From Macrostomum lignano (Eukaryota): a stretch of 64,000 bases of DNA. Positions 11,661-23,931 of the stretch are shown in pieces. The position numbers and the translations under genes were made by a program. The DNA lies in assembly GCA_002269645.1 (NCBI GenBank), contig NIVC01000317.1:310001-374000 (forward strand). The letters are read 5' to 3'. The notes beneath the pieces were generated by a model. That model was given only the letters and a program-made list of their open reading frames with translations. It was not told the DNA's origin and did no database searches. The stretch's first letter is position 1, and each line of letters opens with the position of its first letter.

Positions 11661-13536
11661 GTCATGACCACAGATACTACAAACACTAGATAGGCCACTC
11701 CAGCGGATTTTCACAACACGACAGTTTACTCTACTTTCTGCTTAGTAGTAGTAAAAACATTTTAGCGTTATTTATGTTTTCTAAAAATAAAAAAACAATG
11801 AATGCAATGCAGCAATTGTATTGATTTTATTTGCAAAAAGAAACATAATTATACTTTCTACAATTCAAGGCAACATTGTGAATGCTTTAGATTGCATTGA
11901 AGGCTATATTATTGCAGTCAACTATTGTATATTTAGCAAATACGAGCTATATCATATACTCCATATTCGTGTAGCAAAATAGAAAGATTTCTCATCTTAA
12001 TCAGCTCATCTGTTTGTGAAACTTTCGCAGCGTGCTGTCGAAGCACAGGGTCGCCAGTCGCCTTTGTTCAGAGGCAGCATTCAGCACGGCCCAACAGATG
12101 AAAAAACTGGCGAATGCGCCTCTTCAAGGTCCAGGGATGTATCCGATGGAGAGCCAATCCTCAGTGGTTTCGTAACAGGCAGCCGATAAGCAGCAGGACT
12201 TTTGTGGTGCAGCTGCAATGAGCTGCTGATGAGATGACATCCTTTGACCAGAGCACCCCTGACTGCGAGCGCCCAGTCGACCGCTGGAAGCTGCGCTAGC
12301 CACGCCTCCACAGTCCATGGATGCACGACTGCGCTGCACTTGCCTTGACCATCGAGAGTTGCTGCTGCAGCCGCTTGATTTGCCTGTCGCTTTCGGGATT
12401 GCCGCTGCAGCCGCTTGATTCGCCTGTCACTTTCGGGATCGTTGCTGCAGCCGCTTGATCGTTGCCTCTAGCGCTTGGAACCCGCGAATCGGCTGCAGAG
12501 GTGAGAGCTTTCAGCCGCAACAGCTGTTCTCGGCGCAGAATCTGGTAGCCGAAGGTTGATCTGCAACAGCACTTGCAGCAGGCAAGTCGCAGGCTCGGCT
12601 GCAGATAGATTGCTAATTTGCCCCAGCACTTGAGGGTACATGTCGTCTGCCTCTTCATCGTTTATCAGTCCTTTGCACAGATGGTAGCTGGTCTATTTGA
12701 ACGCAGCATCAACTCTTGGTGTGGGATTGCGTCCCAGCGAAAACAGATGTCTTGCACATCCGTGGCACTTTGTAAGGCAGCAGTAGTCCTCGTCCATAAA
12801 GTGCAAGCTGAACACACGTAGGCCCCGTGATTTAATTGTTTTTAAAGGTCAATATCCACGCTCCTGTAGTAGCTGCTGCCAGCGCTTCGCCAGTGTCATA
12901 TTTTGGTAATTTATGCATTCGCAACGGATTTTCTTTCTCGGATGTTAATAGCACTATAGTACAGAGCTCGTGCAAGTGGGAGCACAGCAGTGGTTCGAAT
13001 CAAAACATTTCACGAGTAAGAGATTAGATAAGAAAGCTAGTATGCACTCGAACTTTCTTCAACTCTGACTCTTGTCCTGTTTATCTATATAAGCTTGTAT
13101 TTAAGCACGATTCGCCACCCCCAAATCTTCTAACCCACAACCTCTCAACCCCCACCCCTAACCCAGGCTAGCTATGTGCAGTCCTTTATTTTCTATCCCA
13201 CCACCAGTGGGCCTAAATTATCGATCCACTCACCCTGCCTTATACGAAACTGATATTAACCCTATTCCAGACTACCCCCTTCCTCCATTTTGAAAGATAG
13301 CGGCATTGTACACTGTCTGTCGCGTCTTAATGTACACTATTACTTCACAAAACAAGTTAGTTGTTTATGGCGTTAGCAAAACGATGTCTCAAAAAACAGT
13401 CACTTGATTTGTCTAATTTAGCAAATAATACTGTTGCTTCCTTTCATTGCTACTAAGCAGGAAGTAGAATAAAAAACTTGCCCAGAAAATTAGCCTGAGT
13501 GGCCTATCTAGTTTTTATAGTATCTGTGGTCATGAC
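11661..13536. mobile_element. Unclassified TIR-bounded DNA element (about 1.9 kb, non-autonomous)
   Basis: 40-bp TIRs at 11661-11700 and 13497-13536, 38/40 identical, with looser similarity to about 100 bp; no clear TSD; degenerate minus-strand ORF inside. Confidence 0.75.
12364..12460 (+). repeat. 40-bp tandem repeat, about 2.4 copies
   Basis: gctgcagccgcttgat recurs at 12364, 12404 and 12444. Confidence 0.85.
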
Positions 13537-14069
13537 AATTTTTTAAAGCTTCTTTACACCTTGTTCATTATTGTGACGACTAATTTCACACATCGTCGTA
13601 GTTCTTATCTTTAAATCTGAAATTTAATTAAGATCTTAGTTATAACTGTCAATCAATTTATGCATTACCAGTTTAAACCTTTAACTCACCTTGAAAGACA
13701 TCCATGGCATTACAGAAGCCAAAGTTGCTCGTCTGTCATCCTGCAGTCGGGATGGTGCATTTGCAGTGTTGCAACATTCCCCGGCCGCTAAAATCAACGT
13801 CACAGAGCATCTCCGACGCGAGGCATTTTTCCAGCACCCGTTTGGTGTCTTGCAGAGTGGAACGGGGCACCCCCGCAGATGCAGGGCCTGGCAATGTACT
13901 GTAAGAAAGAGATGTCATTTGTGTTTATTAAGTACGTTTAGTTCTCAAAATCCAGACCTTACATTGGGCAATTATCATGCTTTTGCTTCCTATTACTGAA
14001 GTATTATGCCTATCCGCCCTTATTATATCTGCTATCTCTCTCCCCTCTCGATATCCATATACAACATAA

Positions 14070-15240
14070 AAAAATAACTTGCAACTTCTGCGAGTCATCA
14101 GTAATCGAGGGCATTGATGAGCACTATACGGTATGCCCCGCGATACCAGCATATTTGGGTTAGATGACGAGGCCTCCACAACGATACATTTCCAATTAAT
14201 AAAAGAGGCGTTTAATGGCAGGTCCCGACTTTACCAGGCCAGTGCATGCGGAGACCCGAGAAATGTTTTGGAAAACACTCGTCAAGCTTTCATTGACTTG
14301 ATCACGCTGCAGCAACGTGAGCCAGGAACCGCCATCAAGGTTCAGCTACGCCTCGGGGTCTTGATAGTAGCCGCGCCGCAGAGAACACCGCCTGGTTTAT
14401 CGCCAAGGTCCACTCTCTTATCCGGGGCGAGGAGAAGCACTACTTCTCTGGCGACATGCAGACAACCCGCACCCGGATAGAAAAGTACCTACGCACTGGC
14501 AGTGGGTGGGTAATCAGGACCAGTCGGTGTGTCGATGTGTCGACCGCAAGTTATTATTTACTGCAGGGAGCGTCGTGCAAAAGGCCAAGATTGAGTTTAA
14601 GGACTACATGCTGCCGAAAAACTCCCTCTTTGGAAAAACCATGGAGAATGTTTGCAAGCGAGTGGACTACCGCCTGGTTAACTCAGCAGGAAGTTGAAAA
14701 AGCCAGCCGAAGTTCTGCAAGCAGGTATTTTTCAGCGAGGATCTAGTTCTAGCGCACATGCTCAAGACGAAGGTTGTGCTCGACAATCCAGTGTATACCG
14801 GCCAGTGCGTTCTGGACAACGGCAAGCTCATCATATATGAGCTGTGGTACGGGCACTTGAAGTCTCTGGTGGAACAGAAGCCCGATGCAACACTGCGACT
14901 ATTAGTGGTGATGCGAACTCACTCTTTCTTCACCTCGAAAAACGCTGATGCACATGACTGGTTTCTGCCAGAACTATGCCGCAAGGGTCTGTTGGACACT
15001 TCCAACTACCCCAAAGCCCATCCGCTGTTTTCTAACAAGCGCAAGGCTAAACTGGGGCTAAACTCGTGCTTCAAGGACGAGAGTGACGGCGCAGCCAACT
15101 TACAAGGGTGGATACTGCTGCGTCTGAAGCTCTACTCCTTCGCATCTTCAGCCGCCGGAAAGCGACGGGCTAAGGGTGTTTAACAAGCTGTGGTAAAGAA
15201 CGCCATCTCGTATCAGGACTACAGGGAGACTCTTGACATG
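14070..15240 (+). pseudogene. Maverick/Polinton (adintovirus-like) protein-primed PolB remnant with a large internal deletion
   Basis: N-terminal CNFC..HYTVC finger and GSGW motif joined directly to NSLFGKTMENVCKRVDYRLV, PVYTGQCVLD, DTSNYPKAHPLFS, FKDE, LRLKLYS, AKGV. Confidence 0.8.
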
Positions 15241-15419
15241 AGCTGTACACGGTCGCCACTGTGAAGCGCCCTCTCTCATCCTGGGAGGACAAGCACGCTT
15301 GGATCTCTGCCAGAGAGAGTTTTCCCTACGGTCACTACAGCCTGCTACATTTTACCGCTCTTGGCCATTAGATTAATTTATGAGTTGTATGATACGTAAT
15401 AAATTGTGTGATAATAATG

Positions 15420-15513
15420 TGGCGGCCCCCCAGTCCATGGACTGAACAGCCGTACGCAGCCTTCAGATGCACCGCGCAATGGCTGCGGCTAAGCTGTCGG
15501 TAAGCTGTATTCA

Positions 15514-15543
<30 letters not shown>
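15420..15543 (+). repeat. Retroposon 3' end with (ATT)n tail
   Basis: GC-rich 90 bp followed by about 10 ATT units at 15513-15543. Confidence 0.5.
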
Positions 15544-15545
<2 letters not shown>

Positions 15546-16388
15546 AATGATAATGACAAATGTTTTATTTAGCTTCACATTTTCATTTTCTCTGTAAATA
15601 GAGCATAGTACTTCATAGTGTAAGGCTTTCTGTAAATATCGTACATGCTTGTGTAAACGTTGCAATAATATGTTTGTAAATCTTGGCATATTTTAAACAG
15701 AGTTAATTATTACTTACATAATATACGAGTACAAAGCTATAAAGAAAACAATCTATCTTTATTGTTTCTTCGAAAAAACATGTTTAATGCACGGCATCAG
15801 CACAAAAGCAGCAAAACTCTACACAAGGACAAAATAAAAATCCTTTTGAAATAAATTGACAGAGAAAACAACAGACAAATTGTGCACACGGACACTCCGA
15901 TTCGCCCAATTGCAGCAATTTTCTGCCCAAAATCAACCAAAGTTTGCACAAAATCTAACAAAAAACCCATTTAAATGAACAGAATATTTAGACAATCCTA
16001 GATAAAATTGCAAAAAAAATCAACATTTTTTGCCCACAAAATGGGTTAAAACGCTGAATCCGCAAATCTGGACCGAGTGGGTGGTGATTTTCGAAACTTT
16101 TTCTGACATGTAATGTTGGTTTGGTGCGCTGGTGTGATTTGATTGATCTACGGGTCTCAGTTCGTTTACTTGGAATTTCCAAGATAGAATACGTTAGGTT
16201 GTAGGAGGGGTCGGATTTTCCATGTTTGCGAAGGGATTCTATTGGATGGCCGACAAAGGTTGACGACCCCCACCACTGGAAAAGGGTCCTTTATATAAAT
16301 GAATCACTTGGGAACGAAATCCTACATACATTTTTAAATTAAATATTTTACTCCGTAATTAATAAAGAGTTTTCAGGATTAGATTTAA

Positions 16389-17308
16389 ATGATTAAATGT
16401 GTGATTTGCTTGAATACCTGCACAGATCCGAGGGCATTTCCTTGTTTACATACATTCTACGCTCAGTGCATCAATGGCTGGGCACGAATCCAACAACTGA
16501 TTATTCCTTGCTTAATGTGCAGAAAGCGTTATCAATTATTATCTGATCCCGTGGCACTGCCTAAAAAATTACTTTGAACAGCTTATGTCAGTACATCTCT
16601 TTCGGCTCGCATCTATCAATGCCATCCAGATCGGAACAGACTGACGCTGAATCATTCGCTAAAATTTACAGTGGAACTATTAGGGTGACTGAGGCTGTCT
16701 CCCCTAAACAGCTCTATTGCATCCTACCAGGCGCGATATCTCCACAGCTCTGACCTAGAGAAATCTCAAGTATGCTTAGCCTAGCAGATTCTTGCGACTT
16801 CCCTGTCAGTTAGATTTATGTTGACCGCTTTTCGCGTGCATCGTTCCATAATGCAGATCGATATTATTGCATGAGAACTCATGATTATTGCATGATATTA
16901 TTGCACGAGTTTAAATAATTATACCAAGACGGCTACAGTGCTACTAGTCGATTTCGGATGGGTTGACTATTCCAAACCACTATCTGAGATTTATCGACCA
17001 TGAGCCCTATGCTGGTATCAATAATAAATGCTCCGGAACGTGCAATCCGCTGCAATTTTCGTGGCATTGCCACCTGCCCACCGTGGACAGCAGCTTAAGC
17101 TACCCGTCTTCTAAGACACTTTGCTTTATCACCCGAGCTTTACCGTGTCGACACAGGCAGCTGACTAGCTCGCGCAGAAGTTTATACGCCACCCACTACC
17201 ATATTTCTAGATCGCTACCGCATCGAAATTTTTCGCTATGGTAGCAACAATGTTCCAGTCCCCAAGCGCATAATTGCTGCGGGTATTGTGAAACGGGGTG
17301 AGACCTGA
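16389..17308 (+). pseudogene. Decayed RING-finger + extended Tudor domain gene
   Basis: CVICLNTCTDPRAFPCLHTFYAQC..CLMCR (TRIM-type RING); RVTEAVSPKQLYC..DRYY..TATVLLVDFGW..APERAIRCNFRGI..W (extended Tudor); several stops and frameshifts. Confidence 0.6.
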
Positions 17309-17363
17309 TACGCCATGTGCATCTCGAGAGTCAAGAGAAACTCTGATAACGCGCTAAAGTACG

Positions 17364-18323
17364 TGTAATGATCCGCTAGCTTAGTGTTAGGCGTCGCACT
17401 ACGTCAGCAGTTCCCTCGCCCTGAGTTGCTGTCTGCCGCTGGTCGGCTTCCCGTTCCCCCCCCCCCTTTTGTCTGGCTGCTGCCCTTTTCCCTTGCGCTG
17501 TTCGTTTCCTGCCCCTCTGTTCTCAGTAGTATACTGTCTCTCTGCAGTATCTCTCTGCAGTCTCTCTGCAGCCTCTCTGCAGTATACTGTCTCTGTTTCG
17601 CTCCTTTCCCGGTTTCCCTGTCATGTGAGCAAGTCACATGACAGTTGTGTTCTTGGAGTCCTAAAGTGCAGTCAACATGTTTACTGGTCCTGTTCACAGG
17701 AGAATCACGTGCTTCGGGGCCCTTGCCTTCTTTAAGGTAAAGGGTGACTCACGTTTCTAAAAATGAATACTGAGTCATGCGGCCCTGTGCACTTTGCCCG
17801 CAGACCCTGCCTTCTCTAAGGCGGAGGGTGACGTCAGTTCTAAAAATAGACGCTGAGTCACAGCTTGGCGCACTCTGCCCGAAGACCTCAAGTGACGTCA
17901 ATTCTAAAAATAGAACAAGTCACGAGGTCTTGTGCGCTCTTGGGCAAGAGGAGAATCCCGCGCTATAAATAGGATCCCCTCCCCCTTGTTTCCGTCAAGG
18001 AGTTTCTAGTTTCTAAGTTTCTGCTCCGAGTTTTCCGAGACTTAGTCTTCTGCGAGTCTGAGATTGAACGCCCGGTCTCTGTCTGCGTACATTGAGTTTT
18101 CTGCTATTGGTCTGACTGAGACCCTCTAAAGCCAACCCCGAGCCTACGAGAGGCTAACACAGCCCTCCCATCAACCAACCAAGCCCGGCAGGTACTGCTG
18201 ACGAGACGTACTGTACGTTGAGCTGCAAATCTGCACATTGTGCTGAGTTAGTTGACTTCGTTATTTCGTTCCGACGGGAAGCTCACCTCACCGAAGGCCG
18301 AGACTGAAGGGACTGGTGGCAGC
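17364..18323 (+). mobile_element. LTR-like segment followed by primer-binding site
   Basis: Starts tgtaatg; repeat-rich U3; TATAAATA at 17964; tggtggcagc at 18314-18323; no internal ORFs follow. Confidence 0.55.
17745..17971 (+). promoter_or_regulatory. Cluster of 3 AP-1 and 2 CRE motifs upstream of a TATA box in the LTR
   Basis: TGACTCA 17745, TGAGTCA 17771 and 17854, TGACGTCA 17829 and 17893, TATAAATA 17964. Confidence 0.55.
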
Positions 18324-18949
18324 ACTAACTACGCTACTAAGAGCTAAGAAGGCTTCCGACAGAAGAGGTTCGAGACTTAAGGTAAAGCTTAAGTGCCTAA
18401 ACCGGGAAGCAAAGGCGAACTACTTCATACGAGTAACTTCGCAATTTACTTGCATAGCTCATTTTTATGTTATAGCGCTTTATTTCCTCTCTTTATCTGC
18501 TGCTTAGTACAGAATGTACTAAGATGTACTAAGAATGTACCTCATTGAAATTCCCAGCTTCGACTTTGATGCTATGAATTCAAGCAGTTGAAATCTGTGT
18601 CTATCTGAGTGGCTAAGTTGATCAGTCTTTGATAAATCTGAAGAGCCAAAACTGTCGCGGTTTTTTGCCTTCCTCATGTACTCTTGCTCTCGATGCAGTG
18701 CTTTTTTGAAGGATTGACGGCAGATTGCACAGATTTGGTCGTTCATCGAGATCGAGGTGGCTTGCGAACACCATCTGTTCCTCTATTGCGTCTACTACAA
18801 CAAAAGTAGAGTTCAGTTTTTAATAATTTCCTAAATTTCACATGCTTTTCTTCAGTTGATTTCTTGTAAGAAATCAATAGTACCGTTTGCAAGGTTTATA
18901 TTATTATTGAAATGATTTTGTCTATTACATAATACTTTAGGACGCACTC

Positions 18950-19440
18950 GGAAGCACTTGGTGTCATCCCAACATCTTTTACGTGTGACGGAACGTAGCA
19001 TAATATTAAGGCTATTGAAATTCTCAGCGTCGAAATAAGTTCTTAGGACAATGTAAAAGCCTCGTTTCCGTATCCATGTGACCCAAGAATCAGAGTGTCA
19101 ATCTTTCTTGACGTTTCGCACATGCTGAAACTAGTGCGAAATCAATGGCAGTCCTTAGGTACGTTAGTCTGGCCGAATCGTGGCAAAGTAGAATGGAAAT
19201 TTGTGGCTCAGTTGCAAAAAGTACAAGAGACTTATGCTCTAAGACTCGGAAAAGGTTAAACAAACATCAAATTAGCGACTGGTCAGTTATAAGTCGAGAG
19301 GAGCCTTGAGAATCGATAATCGGTCCGACTGGCTTGACCTTTTCGAAGAAGGGCTCAATATTCCTGAAAACGTTGAGACGCCGACGGGTCGCAAAATTGT
19401 ACCATTAAAAAGACCGGGTTTCTAGGCTTCATTACGAATT
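18950..19440 (+). pseudogene. P-element/THAP9-type transposase remnant
   Basis: SFTCDGT*HNIK..FPYPCDPRIRVSIFLDVSHMLKLVRN..GKVEWKFVAQLQKVQE..LRLG, then KRPGFLGFITN after a deletion. Confidence 0.8.
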
Positions 19441-20899
19441 TTTGCGCAATGGTGTCTCCCCGAATACTTATTTTCGACTTAATTAAGCTTGAAAATATAT
19501 TTTTATACTTTGACTTAGTCCGCGAATCCATTGCCGTGCTACCGCGTAATCGTAACTTGATATTTATTTTACCATGCGAATGTGTACCTACTGACGCGAG
19601 TTTCATATTGCTTAAATTTTCTTTTGTCGTTGCCTACACTATTTCCTTTAGGAGGGGGGGGGAGTGTAATGTGAGCATTGTACATGAATTACCTTTTTTA
19701 GCCAGTACAACAGACGGCCCAGCAGTCAACACAAGCCTCTGCCCAGTCAACATCCAGAGGTCAACTTTGCAAACGCCCATCCAAATGGCAAGAACATATT
19801 CGTTATGCAAAACTGCATGTTCAACCAATGCAGTCTATGAGAATTCATGTGCAACTAACTAACAAGTTGAAATATTTCAAGAGACTCCAGCCTTCTTGAA
19901 ATTTGACTGTATTTCCTAGTGTTTCTTGTCACCTTTTTCTCACTGTAAATTGTTGTATTGTATTGCATTGTTACTGTGTCGTATGCAGTTTTTCTAAATT
20001 CAGGCCATTATCCAGAACTTAAGGATATCATCCAGAAGTGACGCTAGAACCAAAGGCTATAGAGTGAAATCAAATTTGCGATAGTTTTTACCATAGGCGA
20101 AATATTATCTAAAAGAACTGACTGGCAACAATGGCTGCTGTATTACCCTTATACACACCCTCACAACTCTTTGGATGCATTTACAATGGGATGTTAAAAA
20201 CGCCTCCCGTTTTACACGAGGTGAAGCCATTTGTTAAGTGCCTCGCTTTGCCGAGACACCAACGATTTACTATTATACCGCTAGTCAATCCGTATGGTTG
20301 TGAGGTGAAATTTCGCACACCTTAACATCCTGCGTACCACCCCAAGACTGCAGCTGTAAATATCAAAATAATGTAATGTGATTACTTACACCTAAAATTT
20401 TAGTGTATTCAATGATAAGACGGACACTAAAAGTTTTCAAGTTTTGTGGTATAGCCACCCCTAAGACTTCACTTTAAATTTGAGCAACGCCCATAAGAAC
20501 TTATTATTTTTTTTAACTTAGACTTTTATTGCTAGTTCTTAACTTTTTACAATTTCCGTCTGCTGCACAGGCGACCGCTAACAGTCCGGCTACTTCACAT
20601 TCTGTTTAATAAAATATCTCTATTTTATTAGCCAGGACTATAAGGACGGGACTGTGGAGTTGTAATCTGCAATTTAATGTGGTTTAACAATGGGGGTCAC
20701 GTAAACGATGCGAAGTAAAATATTTTAAGTCACTGTCAAAATCGATAGTCTGTTTTTCAAAATTTAGCAGTTAATTTGGCGAAGGGTTGAAAATAATCAT
20801 TCAATCTGAAGTAGGGTGTATACATTTTGACTATAGTACTCGTAGTAGCTAACTTAGCGTTTAGTTTTCCCAACCAATCACAAAATTCCCCGCTTAAAT

Positions 20900-21706
20900 T
20901 TGTTTAAATATCTAATTTTTGTTTGAATTTTTCTTTGTTTAAAATCTTACCTTTTGTTTGAATGCTGCCCCCATTCCCCAAAAAATAGTATAAAAGGAGG
21001 CAAGTTGGCCCGAAATAAAAAGTAACCTGCTTAACCGTTCTTTATCGCCGGGAAACTCTTAGTAAAACAAGCTTGAAGTTTGGTTAAGACTTATCTCGTC
21101 ATTTCTTTCTAAATAGGGAGAACCCAGAACTAGAAATCTGAATAGGGAAACCTGAGGTCGTGGAGCCCCAGGACTAGGAGTCTAAATAGGGAGAACTCGA
21201 GGTCGTGGAGACCCAGAGCTAGGAGTCTGAATAGGGAGAACTCGAGGTCGTGGAGACCCAGAACTAGGAATCTGAATAGGGAAAACCTGAGGTCGTGGAG
21301 ACCCAGAGCTAGGAATCTGAATAGGGAGAACTTGAGGTCGTGGAGACCCAGAGTTAGGAGTCTGAATAAGGAGAACTCGAGGTCATGCAGACCCTAAGAA
21401 AGCCGTACAGGCTAGCAATAGACATTAAGCGCTAGGTATTAGGGGATTAGATAGTTACCGCTGGACACCCTTGATCCTCGGAAAACGCCAGAATTTCGGA
21501 CATAATTAGGGAACTAGGCAGTGTCTTACCGCTCGGGCACTAAACGCTATCACGAGGCTATCAAGAAAACCGCGTGAATTAGATATTTCTAAGAAAGTAG
21601 CATAGTCTGAGGCAGCCAACGCTACAAATAGTAGGCAGCTTGGTAACAAATCGGTGAAATTTTAGTTATGAACGATTAAGACTGGTACAAATTGGTGGCA
21701 TAGTGG
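20900..21706 (+). mobile_element. Gypsy-type LTR (left boundary uncertain) ending ..ggtaca, plus PBS
   Basis: PBS tggtggcatagtgg at 21693; 21400-21690 is homologous to 26060-26338 (shared tgtcttaccgctcgggcact). Confidence 0.6.
21108..21395 (+). repeat. 45-bp tandem array, about 6 copies, inside the LTR
   Basis: tctgaatagggagaactcgaggtcgtggagacccagagctaggag at 21181, 21226, 21271, 21316, 21361. Confidence 0.9.
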
Positions 21707-22734
21707 AATAGCTAACAGAGGGACATAACCGCTAGTACAAATCGTAAACTTAAGACAGGTAAATCAGACCGTTCGTTGTAAGACTTCGGTGTGGTCATTC
21801 ACATTTCTTAAAATCTACAAGCGTATGTAATCAGTTTTGTATTCATTAGTTTATGGGTTGATTAAATGAAAGAATTAACTACAGGATTTATGTATCAGAT
21901 TAAACATGCCTTTTGAGGGAGTTATTTGTATAAATCACGAGGGCCTGAGGCCTGAGTCCTCGTATAAACCATAGACATAAAGACTTTACGGGATATTATT
22001 GAATATTACCAAATAAAATCCCGGAGAACGCAAATATTGTCACGGAAAGTCTTTATTTCTATGGATTATTACTAATTATTTCAATTTTTACTTGCTCAGA
22101 AGTAAAGTATGCTAAAATTTCCCTTTGTCTCCACAAACCTTGTTTTCTTTCGTTTCCTCTTCGCTGTTTGGCTCTGTAAAGATGTTATTAGTATATTTAA
22201 TTCGATCACCAATATATCGGCCTTTGTTACGAGCTATATTTAAAGTCTTGCTCGTAAATGCCACTATTTTTTCAGAATACATTTATCGGTCTCGTAGTGC
22301 ATAGTTTTGATTTAATTGACATTACTATATAATTACATATACCAATTAACATTGCGATATCCTTTGAACTGATTTTTTGAAATAGTACTGAAAGTATTCT
22401 TAGCCAAATAATAATGAAGTACTAGTAATTGTTTTGTACAGTAGTTAGAATTTTAGTAGCATTCATACTAAGCCTTAACTTAATGATTGCCTTATCATAA
22501 TGGCCTGAAAAAAGCAATATATTGTTCGTTAAATAAATCGCACAAATTAAGTATCCTCTATTCATAAATTCAATTCAATTTTATTCTTTATTAAAGTTGC
22601 TTAAATATATTGCCTTGCCTTACTATACTTATATTATACATATTATTGCCTAAATTTTGTTAACAATTGTCTGCCATATTTATTAAAAACACTATAAATA
22701 CGAGCAAATATACGATGAGGAAGAGCAACTGCCC

Positions 22735-23430
22735 TGTTCTAGCAATTGCTATTAGGCCTCAGCGCCGATCAGTCTAAAATAGCAACTGAGTCAGCCTTGT
22801 TCATTTAGAGACGTGCAGTCTCCTCCCTCTCTCTCCCTTTCCCTCTCCTAAGAATGTACAGTTCCTCCCTTCCCCCAGGCGACTTGTTCGTACCTTCCCT
22901 CCCCCAGCTGAACAGGCGTGCTGCCTTCCCCTTATCCCCAGACCTATCTAACCTGGTGTTCTGTCAACTCCTCCATCCAGACTCACTGTCTGCCCAGGTC
23001 TTTTCCTATTCCTAAATCCTCCCTTAATATTAGGCCTCCCGCCTCCCTAGCCCATTAAGCTCCTTGCCTATTTAACCCTTTCCCAACTATTAGGCGCCCT
23101 GCCCCCTTATCCAATTCCCTATTAAGCGCCCTACCCTCATGACAGCATTCCCTATTAGTTATTAAAATTTCCCATTAGTTTTCCGTTTCTCCAGGCAACT
23201 CTGATCCACCGTGCAGCCCTTCTTCCCCCCCTTCCCCCGGACTGACTTAAGCCACAATTAGACAGTGTCTTGCCGCTATCCTCAGGCTTACTCCTTAAAG
23301 TAGGACTATTTGAACATTTCTCCCCAAATCCCAAGAAATCCCTAAATTCCCGAGTAAGGCTGATCCACTAGACCCAATTAACCCCACAACGAAATCAGCA
23401 GAACCCACGTGACAAATTGGTGACTAAGCG
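22735..23430 (+). mobile_element. LTR-like segment (TG..CA) followed by PBS-like tggtgactaagcgg
   Basis: Starts tgttct; ends gtgaca at 23414; tgg at 23418; pyrimidine-rich U3. Confidence 0.45.
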
Positions 23431-23931
23431 GTAGAACTAAGCGGTGACTAAGTTTAAGGATTGTAGCAACCTGAATATTATTTTTGTCGGTAGGAACTCT
23501 GCTGCGCACAATTTGGTTGTATATGCTGGATTTGAAAGAGTCAAAAGTGGAGACCACTTATCTGCAGAGGCGCCGCTACAGAGCGACAAATAGCGACTAA
23601 TTTTCTTATGTCGCTCTTGGTAGTTTAACGGGCGGAAAATGGCTTTGTATTCCTACAGTTAATTACTGTAGTTTATCATCATACACAATATGAATACCGT
23701 ATGGACAATACTAGCTATAGAATTAGCTTTACTGTACCTAAAGTTTCTAGAAATTTCCAGAAAGCCAAAATAAAGTATACATATACAGTAGCTAAGTCAG
23801 CATTTTCTCCAAGCCTCTCCTACACTCCAAGCAACTCAATTGCCAACACAAGAAACAAATCGAAGGCGAACCATCGCCTGGCTCTTATTCATTTCACACG
23901 AAACCCTCTACAACTGCGCCGGTGAGTCGTC

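Noticed and set aside
13736-13918. GVPRSTLQD resembling a pipsqueak HTH
   Set aside because: Single short motif with no supporting helices or transposase downstream
21108-21395. CRISPR-like appearance of the 45-, 36- and 16-bp arrays
   Set aside because: Head-to-tail units with no unique spacers, eukaryotic context, no cas genes
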